Shown piece after piece: positions 38,751-49,161 of a stretch of 64,000 bases of DNA. Every line of letters begins with the position of its first letter. The first letter of the stretch is position 1. The notes under the pieces were generated by a model. It ran no database searches and was not told the DNA's origin. It saw only the letters and a list, made by a program, of their open reading frames with translations. The translations under genes were made by a program, and so were the position numbers. The DNA is from Candidatus Omnitrophota bacterium (lineage in GTDB: Bacteria; Omnitrophota; Gorgyraeia; Zapsychrales; Aceulaceae): assembly GCA_029564765.1 (NCBI GenBank), contig JAKQPK010000050.1, positions 82,977-146,976 on the forward strand, read 5' to 3'.

Positions 38751-41320
38751 CGTGAAACCTCCTGCATCTCAAGCCAATTATTTCCCACCTTGATACTCAC
38801 CCGGATCGGCACCGAAAGGCTTAAGGGCCCCTCCATCTGCTGACGTACCAGATCGACAAGGTCATCCTGCTCTTTTCTGAGCACATCAAACACAAGCTCA
38901 TCATGGACCGTGATCGTCATTTTTGACCTGAATTGTCCTTCGTCTAATTTTTTCTGCACATGGATCATGCCCACCTTGATCAGATCCGCTGCTGTGCCCT
39001 GAACAGGCGTATTGAATGCCTGACGCTGGGCAAATTGGCGTAACGCCATATTGTCGCTATGGATCTCTGGAATATATCGCCGACGATTAAGCAGTGTTGT
39101 CACAAAACCGTCTTTTTCCGCTTTGCGGATCTGCTCCTGCATAAAACGCGGAACACCAGGATACTGTAAAAAATATTTATCAATGAACTCCTGCGCCTCT
39201 TTCTGCGTGACATTCAGATCTTTCGAAAGACCAAACGCGCTCATTCCATACACAATACCAAAATTGATACGCTTAGCGGCGACCCTCATATCCTGCGTGA
39301 CGCTCTTTTCGCTAACATTAAAAATAGTAGCGGCTGTCATTGTGTGGATATCTGCCCCACGCGCGAACGCTTCGATCAAATTCATATCTTGCGACAAATG
39401 CGCGAGGATCCGCAGCTCGATCTGCGAATAATCCGCCGAAACCAATATGTGGTCCTTCCCTCCTGCGATAAAGGCTTTGCGGATCTGGCGTCCAAGTTCG
39501 GTCCGGATCGGAATGTTCTGCAGGTTAGGATTACGCGAGCTTAAGCGTCCGGTCTCTGTCCCTGCTTGGTCGAAGACCGCATGGATGCGATGCGTCTTAG
39601 CATCCACCATTTTTGGTAACGCATCGATATAAGTCGTTGTCAGCTTGGTCAACTGACGATAATTCAGTATCTCTTGCGGCAGCTCATGTTTTGGCGCCAA
39701 ACGCCTTAAAACGTCTTCATCGGTCGAATATCCCGTCTTAGTCTTCTTCATGACCGGAAGTTTCAGTTTTTCAAAAAGAATATGCGCAAGCTGCTTGGGC
39801 GAATTAAGATTAAATTCCTCGCCTGCCAACTGATAAAGTTTCTTTGCGATCGTCTGGATCTGCTGATTCGTACGCAAAGAAAGATCCTTTAAGAACGCAA
39901 TATCAAGTCCGACACCCTGCTTTTCCATGCCAAAGAGCACCCTTGCCAAAGGCATCTCCACTTCCCTAAAAAGATTCTCTAGCGCTTTTGTCTTCAGTTC
40001 ATCCGCTAAAACCTTGTGCAGCTTCAAAAACTGCGACACTGCAAGAGCAAAACCACCTTGCTGCGGAACCGTGATCTTTAAATATTTCCAACATAGTGAC
40101 TCGACATCCTTGCCGGCCTGTGCCGGCTCCAGCAAATATCCTGCCAGCATCACATCAAAAACTTTGTTGTGAAAAGAAACCCCTTGATCGTCAAAGGCCT
40201 TCAGACACGCCTTAAAATCGCTACAGACCATCAGCACGTCTTCAGCATCAAACACTTTTTGCATCTGTCCAAGCTTGTTCAGCGGAAGATGGAACATCAT
40301 GTCATCCTTCAGAACAAGGCCAACGCGAACATCATCGGTTTTATCTTCTTGTGTCTGAGCATCAATTGCCAGGCCAAATCGCTTAACGCTTAAGGCTTCT
40401 TTAACAAATGCGTCGATATCTTTGTGAGTCGTAAGCACAGACTCAGAGCACGTGACCTGCGTTTGACCGCCGCTCAATTCTTGCACAAATTTACGAAACT
40501 CTAATTTCTCAAAGAATGGGGCAAGGCGTGCCTCATCCGCAGGAATGAAGCGAACAGATTTGAGATCAAAATCGATCGGGACCTGGCTATCTAAAAGCGC
40601 GAGATCCCTGCTAAGCATCGCCATTTCTTTCTGCTCTTCAAGCTTCTGACGGGTCTTTTCTGATCTTACAACTGATAAATGCGCATAGATGTCTTCCACG
40701 CTTCCATGCTCAACGATCAAATCCGTTGCTGTAACCTTACCGATACCATGAACCCCAGGAATATTATCGGTGGCGTCACCAGCTAAGGCAAGAAAATCAA
40801 CCATTTGTCGCGCATGAAAACCATATTTTTCAAAGATCTTTTTCTCATCTAGGATCTCATCGCTACGATAATCGTAGATCTTTACCGTTTTGTTAACCAA
40901 CTGCGCCATATCCTTATCACCGCTGACGATCAAGACTTCAATATCCTTTCCAGAAACCTTATGCGCAATGGTAGCGATCACATCATCCGCTTCGAACCCC
41001 TCAAGCTCAAAGACTGGAATGTTGTACGCCAGGACAAGCTCCTTGATCAAAGGGATCTGGCTGATCAAGTCATCCGGCATGGACGGACGATGGATCTTAT
41101 ATTGCGCAAAACGCTCTTGGCGATGTGTCTTTTTCCCTACATCAAAACAAGCGACCACATAATCGGGATGACAGTCCCGAAGGATCTTGCGCAATGTGTT
41201 GACGAATCCAAAGACCGCGTTTGTCGGCTGGCCCTGGCTCGTCCTTAGCTCGCGAACCGCAAAGAAAGATCGATAGCATAACGCATGCGCATCAATAAGA
41301 ACAAGTCTGGATTTTGACAT
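38747..41320 (-). CDS. polA: DNA polymerase I
   Basis: 857 aa with 5'-3' exonuclease, 3'-5' exonuclease-like and polymerase motifs (…RRxAKxxNFGxxYG…). Confidence 0.9.
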   Translation of the reverse strand: MSKSRLVLIDAHALCYRSFFAVRELRTSQGQPTNAVFGFVNTLRKILRDCHPDYVVACFDVGKKTHRQERFAQYKIHRPSMPDDLISQIPLIKELVLAYNIPVFELEGFEADDVIATIAHKVSGKDIEVLIVSGDKDMAQLVNKTVKIYDYRSDEILDEKKIFEKYGFHARQMVDFLALAGDATDNIPGVHGIGKVTATDLIVEHGSVEDIYAHLSVVRSEKTRQKLEEQKEMAMLSRDLALLDSQVPIDFDLKSVRFIPADEARLAPFFEKLEFRKFVQELSGGQTQVTCSESVLTTHKDIDAFVKEALSVKRFGLAIDAQTQEDKTDDVRVGLVLKDDMMFHLPLNKLGQMQKVFDAEDVLMVCSDFKACLKAFDDQGVSFHNKVFDVMLAGYLLEPAQAGKDVESLCWKYLKITVPQQGGFALAVSQFLKLHKVLADELKTKALENLFREVEMPLARVLFGMEKQGVGLDIAFLKDLSLRTNQQIQTIAKKLYQLAGEEFNLNSPKQLAHILFEKLKLPVMKKTKTGYSTDEDVLRRLAPKHELPQEILNYRQLTKLTTTYIDALPKMVDAKTHRIHAVFDQAGTETGRLSSRNPNLQNIPIRTELGRQIRKAFIAGGKDHILVSADYSQIELRILAHLSQDMNLIEAFARGADIHTMTAATIFNVSEKSVTQDMRVAAKRINFGIVYGMSAFGLSKDLNVTQKEAQEFIDKYFLQYPGVPRFMQEQIRKAEKDGFVTTLLNRRRYIPEIHSDNMALRQFAQRQAFNTPVQGTAADLIKVGMIHVQKKLDEGQFRSKMTITVHDELVFDVLRKEQDDLVDLVRQQMEGPLSLSVPIRVSIKVGNNWLEMQEVSR

Positions 41321-41355
41321 TTTTTGGGATCAGAAAGAATCGTGAATACTAAAAT

Positions 41356-42195
41356 CTATCTTTTGATTTCTTCGTCAGGAATTATGGTAAGTATTTGACG
41401 AATATCTTCCTTCGAGGAACCTGTCTGCCCTGCCTGGAACTTTTCAAGTGCAGAGTCCATCAGTTTTTTCATATCGCGTTCTTTGAGCTTCATTGCGGCG
41501 AGCCGCCGATATTCTATGATCCGAGGGCTGTCAGGGGTTCTTGACAAAGCCTTGTCATATTCTGCCAAGGCCTGCTCATACATCTGTTGCTCTTCATAAA
41601 GTTTTGCCTGCTGCACACAAAACTCAGATTGTTTGAGGTTTTCAGCGTTGATCCTCTCTTCTTGAGCTTTAAGCTGTTTGTCCAAGACAGAAGCACGATA
41701 CGCCAAGAAACTTGCCTCGTATTCTTGCATCCACCGCTTGAGATCTGGAAAAATAGGAATAAACGCCTTAAGCTCCTCTAAAGACCGCTGAACCCATGGA
41801 TCTTCCGGATGGCTGCGTTCAACGCGCTCCTTGAAATACTGGGCCGCCCTTGCCAGATCACCCTGGCGCTTATAATAAAAAGCTAGATTAAAATATGTTG
41901 CTAAATAATTCTTATCGACACGCAGAGCGTCTAGATAATAATTCCTTGCTTCATAAAAATTCCCCATCATCTCGCAAAGAACGCCAAGATCGTTATAAAT
42001 TTCTGCCCGCTCCAGATCCAGACTGAGCGCTTTTTGATAATAGGCAAAGGCATCATCGTAAAGGCCTTCTTTCTGCGCTTCAACCCCTTTAGCTCGATAA
42101 TCCTCAATAATTTGCGACTTTGTTTGAGCTTTAGCTGGTTCTGAAAAAAGGCAGAAAAAAAGGAATAAGACAAGGATTCGCGAGAAGAATTTCAT
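41356..42195 (-). CDS. TPR-repeat protein with a signal peptide
   Basis: The start is placed at MKFFSRILVLFLFFCLF. Multiple TPR motifs follow. The tracked ORF extends to 42273. Confidence 0.6.
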   Translation of the reverse strand: MKFFSRILVLFLFFCLFSEPAKAQTKSQIIEDYRAKGVEAQKEGLYDDAFAYYQKALSLDLERAEIYNDLGVLCEMMGNFYEARNYYLDALRVDKNYLATYFNLAFYYKRQGDLARAAQYFKERVERSHPEDPWVQRSLEELKAFIPIFPDLKRWMQEYEASFLAYRASVLDKQLKAQEERINAENLKQSEFCVQQAKLYEEQQMYEQALAEYDKALSRTPDSPRIIEYRRLAAMKLKERDMKKLMDSALEKFQAGQTGSSKEDIRQILTIIPDEEIKR

Positions 42196-42269
42196 TAACA
42201 ATTTTTCCTTAAAAATAGAATAATACATGCTACTCTTTTTTACAAGAAGTTTCTTAGATGCATCAGACA

Positions 42270-43448
42270 TCAACCCTGATAGTCAACGATGGACCCAGAA
42301 ACAGAGCTGATCGTGGCAGCCTCCCTCACCAAATTCGCCACGGCAGCCTCGCTCGCCTGATCATTGATCAAGACAGCCCCTTTGACCACGTTTTCTTCGG
42401 TCAATATCTTTTTGTAAAGATTCGTCTTATAATCAGCTTTCATATAGGCGACCCGATTATCATCTTTCTTGCAGGAACCCAAAAGGCTGATCAATAGATC
42501 ATCCGCCTGAACGGAACGGACAGCTGGAGCAGGGATCGTTAAAAAAGGTTGCTTCGTAAGGCCCGCGACAAGGCAAGCCGCGTGTCCAGCAACTGCGTAC
42601 TGACTGATAAACGATTCTTCCCAGACGGTCTTATCAAGAAAGCGTGCCAGATCTTTAGCGCAATACACATCTTCGTATTGCGTATAATAATCGTTTTCTT
42701 GATGAAAAAGCTCCTCTGTGTTGAACAAATTTTGCTGACGATCAGCGTGGCCAAAAACAACGATCTCGCTTTCGAGGACTTTCCCTGTTTTTAAGCGGAT
42801 CGCTTTTGCTTCCGCGTCACCGAGGACTTCCGTAATGGCGTTATTAAAAATAAATCTTAGTCCTTTTTTCTGACATTGCTCAACAATATAATCCGCCACA
42901 TCCTTATCTAGAAGGTCGGCAAGCAGATGATTGCCTGGAACGACAGCGATGACCTCCTGCTCGATCTTGCGCAAATGGCAGGCGACCTGAAGGCCAAGGA
43001 AGCTATGAACCTCGACGATCGCGGTGTCCGTCAAGCCGACACAGTCAACCATTTTCTTGGTGTCTTCAAACGTCTTCAGATGGAAGACACCCTGCTTTTG
43101 AACACCTTTAAAATCCGGCAGAACAAAAGGCCCGGTCCCTTCGATGATAAGAACGTCGAATGGTATCTGCTCTTTATCCTCTGTCAAAAGACGCTTTCGC
43201 TTCGGCTGGACGCGAACGATCTTTTTATCCATCACAAGGTTAATATGCTGCTGCGCATAAATATCATTTGGTGCGCAAACCATCTGGTCATCCGCCATCC
43301 CTAAGATCAAAGATGGTAAGGCATGACGATAGTAAGGCAAAACTCCCTCAGGGCAAAAAAGCGATACCTCGCTAGCCTGATCAACGTGGCGTATTCCTTG
43401 CGCGACCTCAAATGAAAACGAAGAATTACCAATAATTACATAATGCAT
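42270..43448 (-). CDS. pyridine-nucleotide-disulfide oxidoreductase-family homologue with degenerate dinucleotide-binding motifs
   Basis: Overall similarity to the NADH oxidase / CoA-disulfide reductase fold, but both GxGxxG positions are non-canonical (YVIIGNSSFSFEVA and HSFLGLQVA). Confidence 0.5.
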   Translation of the reverse strand: MHYVIIGNSSFSFEVAQGIRHVDQASEVSLFCPEGVLPYYRHALPSLILGMADDQMVCAPNDIYAQQHINLVMDKKIVRVQPKRKRLLTEDKEQIPFDVLIIEGTGPFVLPDFKGVQKQGVFHLKTFEDTKKMVDCVGLTDTAIVEVHSFLGLQVACHLRKIEQEVIAVVPGNHLLADLLDKDVADYIVEQCQKKGLRFIFNNAITEVLGDAEAKAIRLKTGKVLESEIVVFGHADRQQNLFNTEELFHQENDYYTQYEDVYCAKDLARFLDKTVWEESFISQYAVAGHAACLVAGLTKQPFLTIPAPAVRSVQADDLLISLLGSCKKDDNRVAYMKADYKTNLYKKILTEENVVKGAVLINDQASEAAVANLVREAATISSVSGSIVDYQG

Positions 43449-43452
43449 AGCT

Positions 43453-44319
43453 TTATCTTTGCCCCATTTGCGAAGAAAAGGCTTCAATAGCGTTCTTCAT
43501 CAGCATTACAACCGTGACCGGCCCAACGCCTCCGGGGACAGGCGTTAGATATGCGGCTTTTTCTTGCGCTGCATAAAATTCAACATCCCCTACGATACGT
43601 GACCCTACTTGATTGATCCCCACATCAATAACGATCGCGTCTTTTTTGATCCACTGCCCCTTGATCAACTCAGGCTTCCCGACAGCGACAACAAGGACAT
43701 CCGCGCGCGATACATGGTCAATGAGCTTCCCTGCTTCGCTTGTAGCGAGATGACAAACGGTCACCGTTGCCATGCGCTGCAGCAACAAGAGGCTTAGTGG
43801 CTTACCAACGATCTCGCTATGACCGACGATCACTACCTCTTTTCCTCTCAAGGGAACACCCGTAGAGTCGATGTGCGCCATCACAGCTGCTGGCGTGCAT
43901 GGAATGATACTGGTTTTACCCAGCATCATTTTGCCAATATTGACAACATTCACACCTTCAAGGTCCTTAATAACATCTATTTGATTGGCAACCGCGTGAT
44001 GATCAATATGGGCAGGCACAGGCTTATGCACCATGATACCGTTAACCCCAGGGTCAAGGTTGAGCTTACGGACATGATCGATCAACTTGCCCTGCGGGAT
44101 ATCAGCAGGTAAAACATCAAGCTTGTAATCAATGCCGATCTCTTCAGCAACGCGGATCTGAGCGTTCGCATAAGCACAAGCTGAGTGATGGTCACCAACC
44201 GCAATGTTAATGACGCGCGGCACTCGCCGCTTTTCCTTTAAGATCTCAGAAATTTGCATCTTGAGTTTTTCTTTGATCTTTCCAGCAAGGACCTTACCGT
44301 CTAATAGTTGAGCGCTCAT
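43453..44319 (-). CDS. folD: bifunctional methylene-THF dehydrogenase/cyclohydrolase
   Basis: 288 aa with a typical FolD sequence. Confidence 0.9.
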   Translation of the reverse strand: MSAQLLDGKVLAGKIKEKLKMQISEILKEKRRVPRVINIAVGDHHSACAYANAQIRVAEEIGIDYKLDVLPADIPQGKLIDHVRKLNLDPGVNGIMVHKPVPAHIDHHAVANQIDVIKDLEGVNVVNIGKMMLGKTSIIPCTPAAVMAHIDSTGVPLRGKEVVIVGHSEIVGKPLSLLLLQRMATVTVCHLATSEAGKLIDHVSRADVLVVAVGKPELIKGQWIKKDAIVIDVGINQVGSRIVGDVEFYAAQEKAAYLTPVPGGVGPVTVVMLMKNAIEAFSSQMGQR

Positions 44320-44321
44320 GA

Positions 44322-44813
44322 TCAGGATACCTGATTTGCTTTTACATTCGCCGTTGCCGCGTGAAAAGCCGCCGATAGCATCTCAGCCGCGCATTCCGCG
44401 TCGCTTAATAAATATGGATTGCCATGTTGCACCAAAAACGGTATCAGCTGAAGTGCGGTGTAGGAGAGACGACAGACCTCAAGCGGAACCTTTTGGGCAT
44501 TCTTCAAGGCTTGATGTTTATCACGTGCGGCTAATTTACGCGCCTTAACGACCTGAAGATAGACCTTGGCATCTAAGTCGACCAACAGCAAGAGACGCTT
44601 GCGAATATTGTCGGCCTTACGCACGGCCTTATTCATTTTAGATTCAATAGACCTAGACTTTTGACGCTTGAGAGAATACCGCGCGACCATAGAGATCAAG
44701 GCAACGCCTGTTGCCGCAACCAAGGCCGCCGCAGAACCGCCTCCCGGAGTTGGATCACGTGAAGCAAGGCGGTCCAAATACATCGTAAGTGTCTGATGGC
44801 GAAACGGTTTCAT
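44322..44813 (-). CDS. cyclodeaminase/cyclohydrolase-family protein (FTCD C-terminal domain-like; methenyl-THF cyclohydrolase FchA-like)
   Basis: It carries the hallmark motif LASRDPTPGGGSAAALVAATGVAL. 163 aa. It lies adjacent to folD. Confidence 0.7.
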   Translation of the reverse strand: MKPFRHQTLTMYLDRLASRDPTPGGGSAAALVAATGVALISMVARYSLKRQKSRSIESKMNKAVRKADNIRKRLLLLVDLDAKVYLQVVKARKLAARDKHQALKNAQKVPLEVCRLSYTALQLIPFLVQHGNPYLLSDAECAAEMLSAAFHAATANVKANQVS

Positions 44814-44936
44814 GTTTTGATGATTAGATCATGTGATATGTTTTGATGCGAAACGAAAAGAAATGCCTTCTTAATGCGTGTCTATCATATCCTAATTTTA
44901 AAATATTTTCAAACAACTTCTATTTTTTTATAAATA

Positions 44937-45314
44937 TTAATATAAATAGGGTTGCGCGAGGTCAAAAGCGTCCTGGATCAAGTCAAGATCCACGCTCCCT
45001 TGCGCATCTTTTGTAACGGTCACAACATCGAAACGGGCGTGAGAATCTAGCCTGTTGACATTTTTCAGATAACTAAGTGCCACCTGAGAGATCTTTCGCT
45101 GTTTTGATCTGGTCACAGCTTCCAACGCGAATTCTTGCGCGTTACCTTTTCTCATTTTTACCTCAACAAAACAGATCACATCATGGTCTTGTGCGATAAT
45201 ATCTATTTCCCCAAGCTGATTGCGATAATTACGCTCCAGGATCACATATCCTTGCTTTTGCAAGAAACGCGCTGCCGCGTCTTCTCCTAGATCGCCTGCC
45301 TGCCGGGTGTTCAT
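44937..45314 (-). CDS. yraN: YraN-family (UPF0102) endonuclease-like protein
   Basis: GEDAAARFLQKQGY…GEIDIIA…VEVK. The start is trimmed to the MNTRQAG methionine. Confidence 0.75.
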   Translation of the reverse strand: MNTRQAGDLGEDAAARFLQKQGYVILERNYRNQLGEIDIIAQDHDVICFVEVKMRKGNAQEFALEAVTRSKQRKISQVALSYLKNVNRLDSHARFDVVTVTKDAQGSVDLDLIQDAFDLAQPYLY

Positions 45315-45316
45315 GA

Positions 45317-45943
45317 TCAAACCCCGCAATGAAATGTTTTTCGATGGATCGCGCAAAACCCCAGATGCCTGATCTGCTGCCTATGCGCAAGCGTGGGATA
45401 CCCTTTGTGCCTTCGAAATCCGTACTGCGGATACATCTTATCGTAGCGATCCATGATAGCATCCCGCGTGACCTTCGCAACGATCGACGCGCACGCAATC
45501 GATAGGCTGTGAGAATCCCCTGCGATGATCGTTTGATAAGCAAAAGGTAAGGATGTTTCAAAGCGGTTACCATCGACAAGAAGAAAAACCTTCTTCTGGA
45601 AATCCAAAGAACGCGTCTTATTCTCAGGGATCTTTTCTACAAGATCACAAACCGCTTTAGCCATCGCCTGAAAAGTTGCTTGCAAGATATTGACCCGATC
45701 AATGGTCTTAGCATCGATCATGCCGATTCCAACATGGGCATGGCCCAAGATCTCATGATAGGCCTTTTGACGTTGCTGTGGTGTCATTTGCTTTGAATCT
45801 TTGATAACACAAGGAAAGCGATCGCGTGTAAGCCATACAGCAGAAGCGACCACAGGCCCTGCGAGAGGACCTCGGCCAGCTTCATCAATACCAATAATTA
45901 CTTCAAAACCTTTTTTCTTGGCTTGACGCTCAAAGGAAAGCAT
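45317..45943 (-). CDS. rnhB: ribonuclease HII
   Basis: GIDEAGRGPLAGPVV motif. 208 aa. Confidence 0.9.
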   Translation of the reverse strand: MLSFERQAKKKGFEVIIGIDEAGRGPLAGPVVASAVWLTRDRFPCVIKDSKQMTPQQRQKAYHEILGHAHVGIGMIDAKTIDRVNILQATFQAMAKAVCDLVEKIPENKTRSLDFQKKVFLLVDGNRFETSLPFAYQTIIAGDSHSLSIACASIVAKVTRDAIMDRYDKMYPQYGFRRHKGYPTLAHRQQIRHLGFCAIHRKTFHCGV

Positions 45944-45954
45944 TCAGAGGAAGA

Positions 45955-46338
45955 TCAGCTAGATGATGGCGCAGCGGTCACAGCGACATCTTCTTTTTCC
46001 ATGCGGGCACTCTTGCCGGTGCGCGCCCTTAAGTAATAAAGGCGGCTTCGTTTGGCAACGCCCTTGGCAACAACTTTTAGACTATCCACAACCGGTGAAC
46101 ACAAGGGAAAGGTTCGCTCAACACCCTCTCCGAAGGAAACTTTACGGATGGTAAAAATACCTCTGAGCCCACGCCCGGTCTTGCGAACGACAGTCCCCTC
46201 AAAAGGATGGAGGCGAACCTTGTCGCCTTCTGCAACCTTGACAAACATCTTTACTTGGTCCCCAACCTTGAACGGAGGCAATTCTTTCTGGTATTTATTC
46301 TCAATGTTTTTAATGGTTTCTCCAATGTTGATCGCCAT
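45955..46338 (-). CDS. rplS: 50S ribosomal protein L19
   Basis: Typical L19 sequence (…FEGTVVRKTGRGL…). Confidence 0.9.
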   Translation of the reverse strand: MAINIGETIKNIENKYQKELPPFKVGDQVKMFVKVAEGDKVRLHPFEGTVVRKTGRGLRGIFTIRKVSFGEGVERTFPLCSPVVDSLKVVAKGVAKRSRLYYLRARTGKSARMEKEDVAVTAAPSSS

Positions 46339-46367
46339 ACAAAAAACTCCTTTTTGCTTCGGTGGTA

Positions 46368-47045
46368 TTATTTTCTTAATAAATCCGGACGGATCTTCTT
46401 AGTTCGAAGAATGGATTGCTTCAAACGCCACTCTTTAATGCCTTGATGATTTCCAGATAATAGCACATTTGGTACTTTCATGCCAATAAAATTTGCAGGC
46501 CTTGTATACTGAGGATACTCTAGCAAGTTTGTCGAAAATGATTCGTCCAAAAGCGAACTTTCCCGCCCTAAAACACCTGGAACAAGACGCGTGACGGCAT
46601 CAACAATGATCATGGCAGGGATCTCTCCCCCGGTCAGAACATAATCTCCGACCGAAATGCTCTCATCGGCCAGATGATCGCGCACGCGCTCATCGATCCC
46701 CTCGTAATGGCCACAAACTAAGATCAAATGTTTTTCCTTGGCCCATTGCCGAGCTTTTTTCTGATCGAACACTTTTCCAGAAGGCGTTAGAAGTATCACT
46801 TTCGCCTTTGACCTGCCCTTAACAGCCTTGACCGCATCAAAGATGGGTTGCGGCTGCATGACCATGCCCGGCCCTCCACCAAAAGGCTTATCATCAACCT
46901 TGCGATGCTTGTCAGTGGTGTAATGGCGCAGATCACGGACGCAGATCTTGACCTTTTTCTTTTCCTGGGCACGCTTGATGATGGATTCCGTAAGAATACC
47001 ATCAAAGGACCTAGGAAAAACCGTTATAATGTCGAACCGTAACAT
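46368..47045 (-). CDS. trmD: tRNA (guanine37-N1)-methyltransferase
   Basis: The start is placed at [11 protein letters not shown]. It has the SPOUT knot motifs. Confidence 0.85.
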   Translation of the reverse strand: MLRFDIITVFPRSFDGILTESIIKRAQEKKKVKICVRDLRHYTTDKHRKVDDKPFGGGPGMVMQPQPIFDAVKAVKGRSKAKVILLTPSGKVFDQKKARQWAKEKHLILVCGHYEGIDERVRDHLADESISVGDYVLTGGEIPAMIIVDAVTRLVPGVLGRESSLLDESFSTNLLEYPQYTRPANFIGMKVPNVLLSGNHQGIKEWRLKQSILRTKKIRPDLLRK

Positions 47046-48148
47046 GAGAGGAATTCCTTTTGAAATTCTGAAAATTTGTTCGCTTCGATAGCCGCGCGGA
47101 TCTGCGCCATCAACTTGATATAAAAATAAAGATTGTGATACGATGTCATCCTTAATCCTGTAAGTTCTTCGATCGTGAATAAATGCCGGATATAACTGCG
47201 CGAATACCGTTTGCACACAAAACAATCGCATGTTTCATCTAACGGGCGTATGTCTTTAGCAAATTCTAAATTTCTTACAATGATCCGGCCCTGACGGGTA
47301 AAGGCCGACCCATAGCGGCCATAGCGCGTCGGCACGCAGGTGTCGAACATGTCAACACCTTCCCCTACAGCTCTCACGATCTGATCTGGCATACCGATCC
47401 CCATCACATACCGCGGTTTATCTGTTGGTAGAAATGGTGTGACATGAGAGATCGCTTCAAACATCAGATCGATCGGCTCCCCGACACTCACTCCGCCAAT
47501 GGCATAACCATCAAAACCGATCCCAACGATCTCTTCGGCGGACATACGGCGTAAGCTTTCATAGTGCGAGCCCTGGACAATGCCAAACAAAAATTGACGC
47601 TCATGATAAGGGCTTTTGAGGAAATGCTCCCGCGATCGCCGTGCCCAAAGCCCTGTGCGCTTTACAGCTTCCTTGGCTTGTTTTTCATCGCAAGGATAGG
47701 GTGCGCATTCATCTAAAGGCATCATGATATCCGATCCCAAAATTCCTTGCGCGTCAACGATATCCTCTGGCGTAAAAAAATGCAAGGATCCGTCAATATG
47801 CGAACGGAATTCCACGCCCTTATCCGTGAGCTTGCGGAACTTTGCCAGACTAAAGATCTGATAGCCGCCGCTATCGGTTAGGATCGGCTTATCCCATTTC
47901 ATGAACTGATGGAGTCCGCCAGAATTCTTAATGAGCTCAAGGCCGGGACGCAAATAAAGATGATAGGTGTTCGATAAGACGATCTGAGCACCCATCTCCT
48001 CTAAGTCTTCATTCGTTAAAGACTTAACGGTCGCGTTCGTGCCAACCGACATGAAAAACGGCGTCTGGATCTCGCCATGCGCGGTTTTGAGAACCCCCCG
48101 ACGGGCTTTGGTCGACAAATCTTGAAGTGTCAGATTAAATGATTTCAT
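47024..48148 (-). CDS. tgt: queuine tRNA-ribosyltransferase
   Basis: The start is placed at [11 protein letters not shown] zinc site (CxCxxC…H) lies near the C-terminus. Confidence 0.9.
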   Translation of the reverse strand: MKSFNLTLQDLSTKARRGVLKTAHGEIQTPFFMSVGTNATVKSLTNEDLEEMGAQIVLSNTYHLYLRPGLELIKNSGGLHQFMKWDKPILTDSGGYQIFSLAKFRKLTDKGVEFRSHIDGSLHFFTPEDIVDAQGILGSDIMMPLDECAPYPCDEKQAKEAVKRTGLWARRSREHFLKSPYHERQFLFGIVQGSHYESLRRMSAEEIVGIGFDGYAIGGVSVGEPIDLMFEAISHVTPFLPTDKPRYVMGIGMPDQIVRAVGEGVDMFDTCVPTRYGRYGSAFTRQGRIIVRNLEFAKDIRPLDETCDCFVCKRYSRSYIRHLFTIEELTGLRMTSYHNLYFYIKLMAQIRAAIEANKFSEFQKEFLSCYGSTL

Positions 48149-48150
48149 GA

Positions 48151-49161
48151 TCAAACAATTAACATGCAGTCGCCATAACTGTAAAACCGGTATTTTTCTT
48201 TCATCGCTTCGTGGTAGGCCTTCATCACAAAATCTGCTGAAGCAAAAGCGCAAACCAACATCAAAAGCGTGCTCTTAGGAAGGTGGAAATTCGTCAAGAG
48301 AGCATCCACCATTTTAAACGAAAAACCTGGATACACAAACAAATTTGTACTCCCCTGAAGTTTGCCGGTCTGCCCATAGGACTCCAAAACCCTGCAGCTG
48401 GTAGTCCCTACCGCGACGATCTTCTGACCCTTGGCCTTTGCTTTTTTCATCCGCTGTATGATCGCGCTCGAGACATCATAATCTTCAGAATGCATCTGGT
48501 GTCGCGTAATATCCTCTTCTTGAACAGGTCGAAAGGTGCCATAACCAACATGCAGTGTCACCTTAGCCAATTGATGCCCGGCTCTTTGAAGATCATTTAG
48601 GATCTTGTGTGTAAAATGCAATCCCGCTGTGGGTGCGGCCACCGAGCCTGGATGCCTCGCGTAAACGGTTTGATAATCCTTTTTATCGGAGCTCTCATCG
48701 CTGCGATGGATATAAGGCGGCAGAGGCATATGGCCAATCTTTTTAAGGTACGCCATGACATTCTTTTTGTTAAACTGAACGATCTTCTGCTCGTGATCGA
48801 TCATTTTGGCGCAAAGGTCCGTGCCATCGAAAATGATCGAATCATCATATCTGATCTTCTTTAAAGGCCGCAAAAGTGCATGGTAGCGTCCTGCACCCTC
48901 AAGGGGATCCAAAAGAAAGATCTCGACCTCTCTTCCTGTTCTCTGTAGGCGGCCTAAAAGCCGCGCAGCAACGACCTTGCTATCGTTAGCGACCAGCAAA
49001 GACCTTAAAGGAAGATAACGACCGATATTAAGAAAATGATCGTGTGTGATCGTTTGATGTACGCGGTCAAGGATCATCAGCCGCGCATGATCGCGTTTTT
49101 TTAAAGGATATTGAGCAATGAGCTCGCAAGGGAGATGATAATCAAAATCAGAGAGTTTCAT
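48151..49161 (-). CDS. queA: S-adenosylmethionine:tRNA ribosyltransferase-isomerase
   Basis: 336 aa with a typical QueA sequence. Confidence 0.9.
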   Translation of the reverse strand: MKLSDFDYHLPCELIAQYPLKKRDHARLMILDRVHQTITHDHFLNIGRYLPLRSLLVANDSKVVAARLLGRLQRTGREVEIFLLDPLEGAGRYHALLRPLKKIRYDDSIIFDGTDLCAKMIDHEQKIVQFNKKNVMAYLKKIGHMPLPPYIHRSDESSDKKDYQTVYARHPGSVAAPTAGLHFTHKILNDLQRAGHQLAKVTLHVGYGTFRPVQEEDITRHQMHSEDYDVSSAIIQRMKKAKAKGQKIVAVGTTSCRVLESYGQTGKLQGSTNLFVYPGFSFKMVDALLTNFHLPKSTLLMLVCAFASADFVMKAYHEAMKEKYRFYSYGDCMLIV

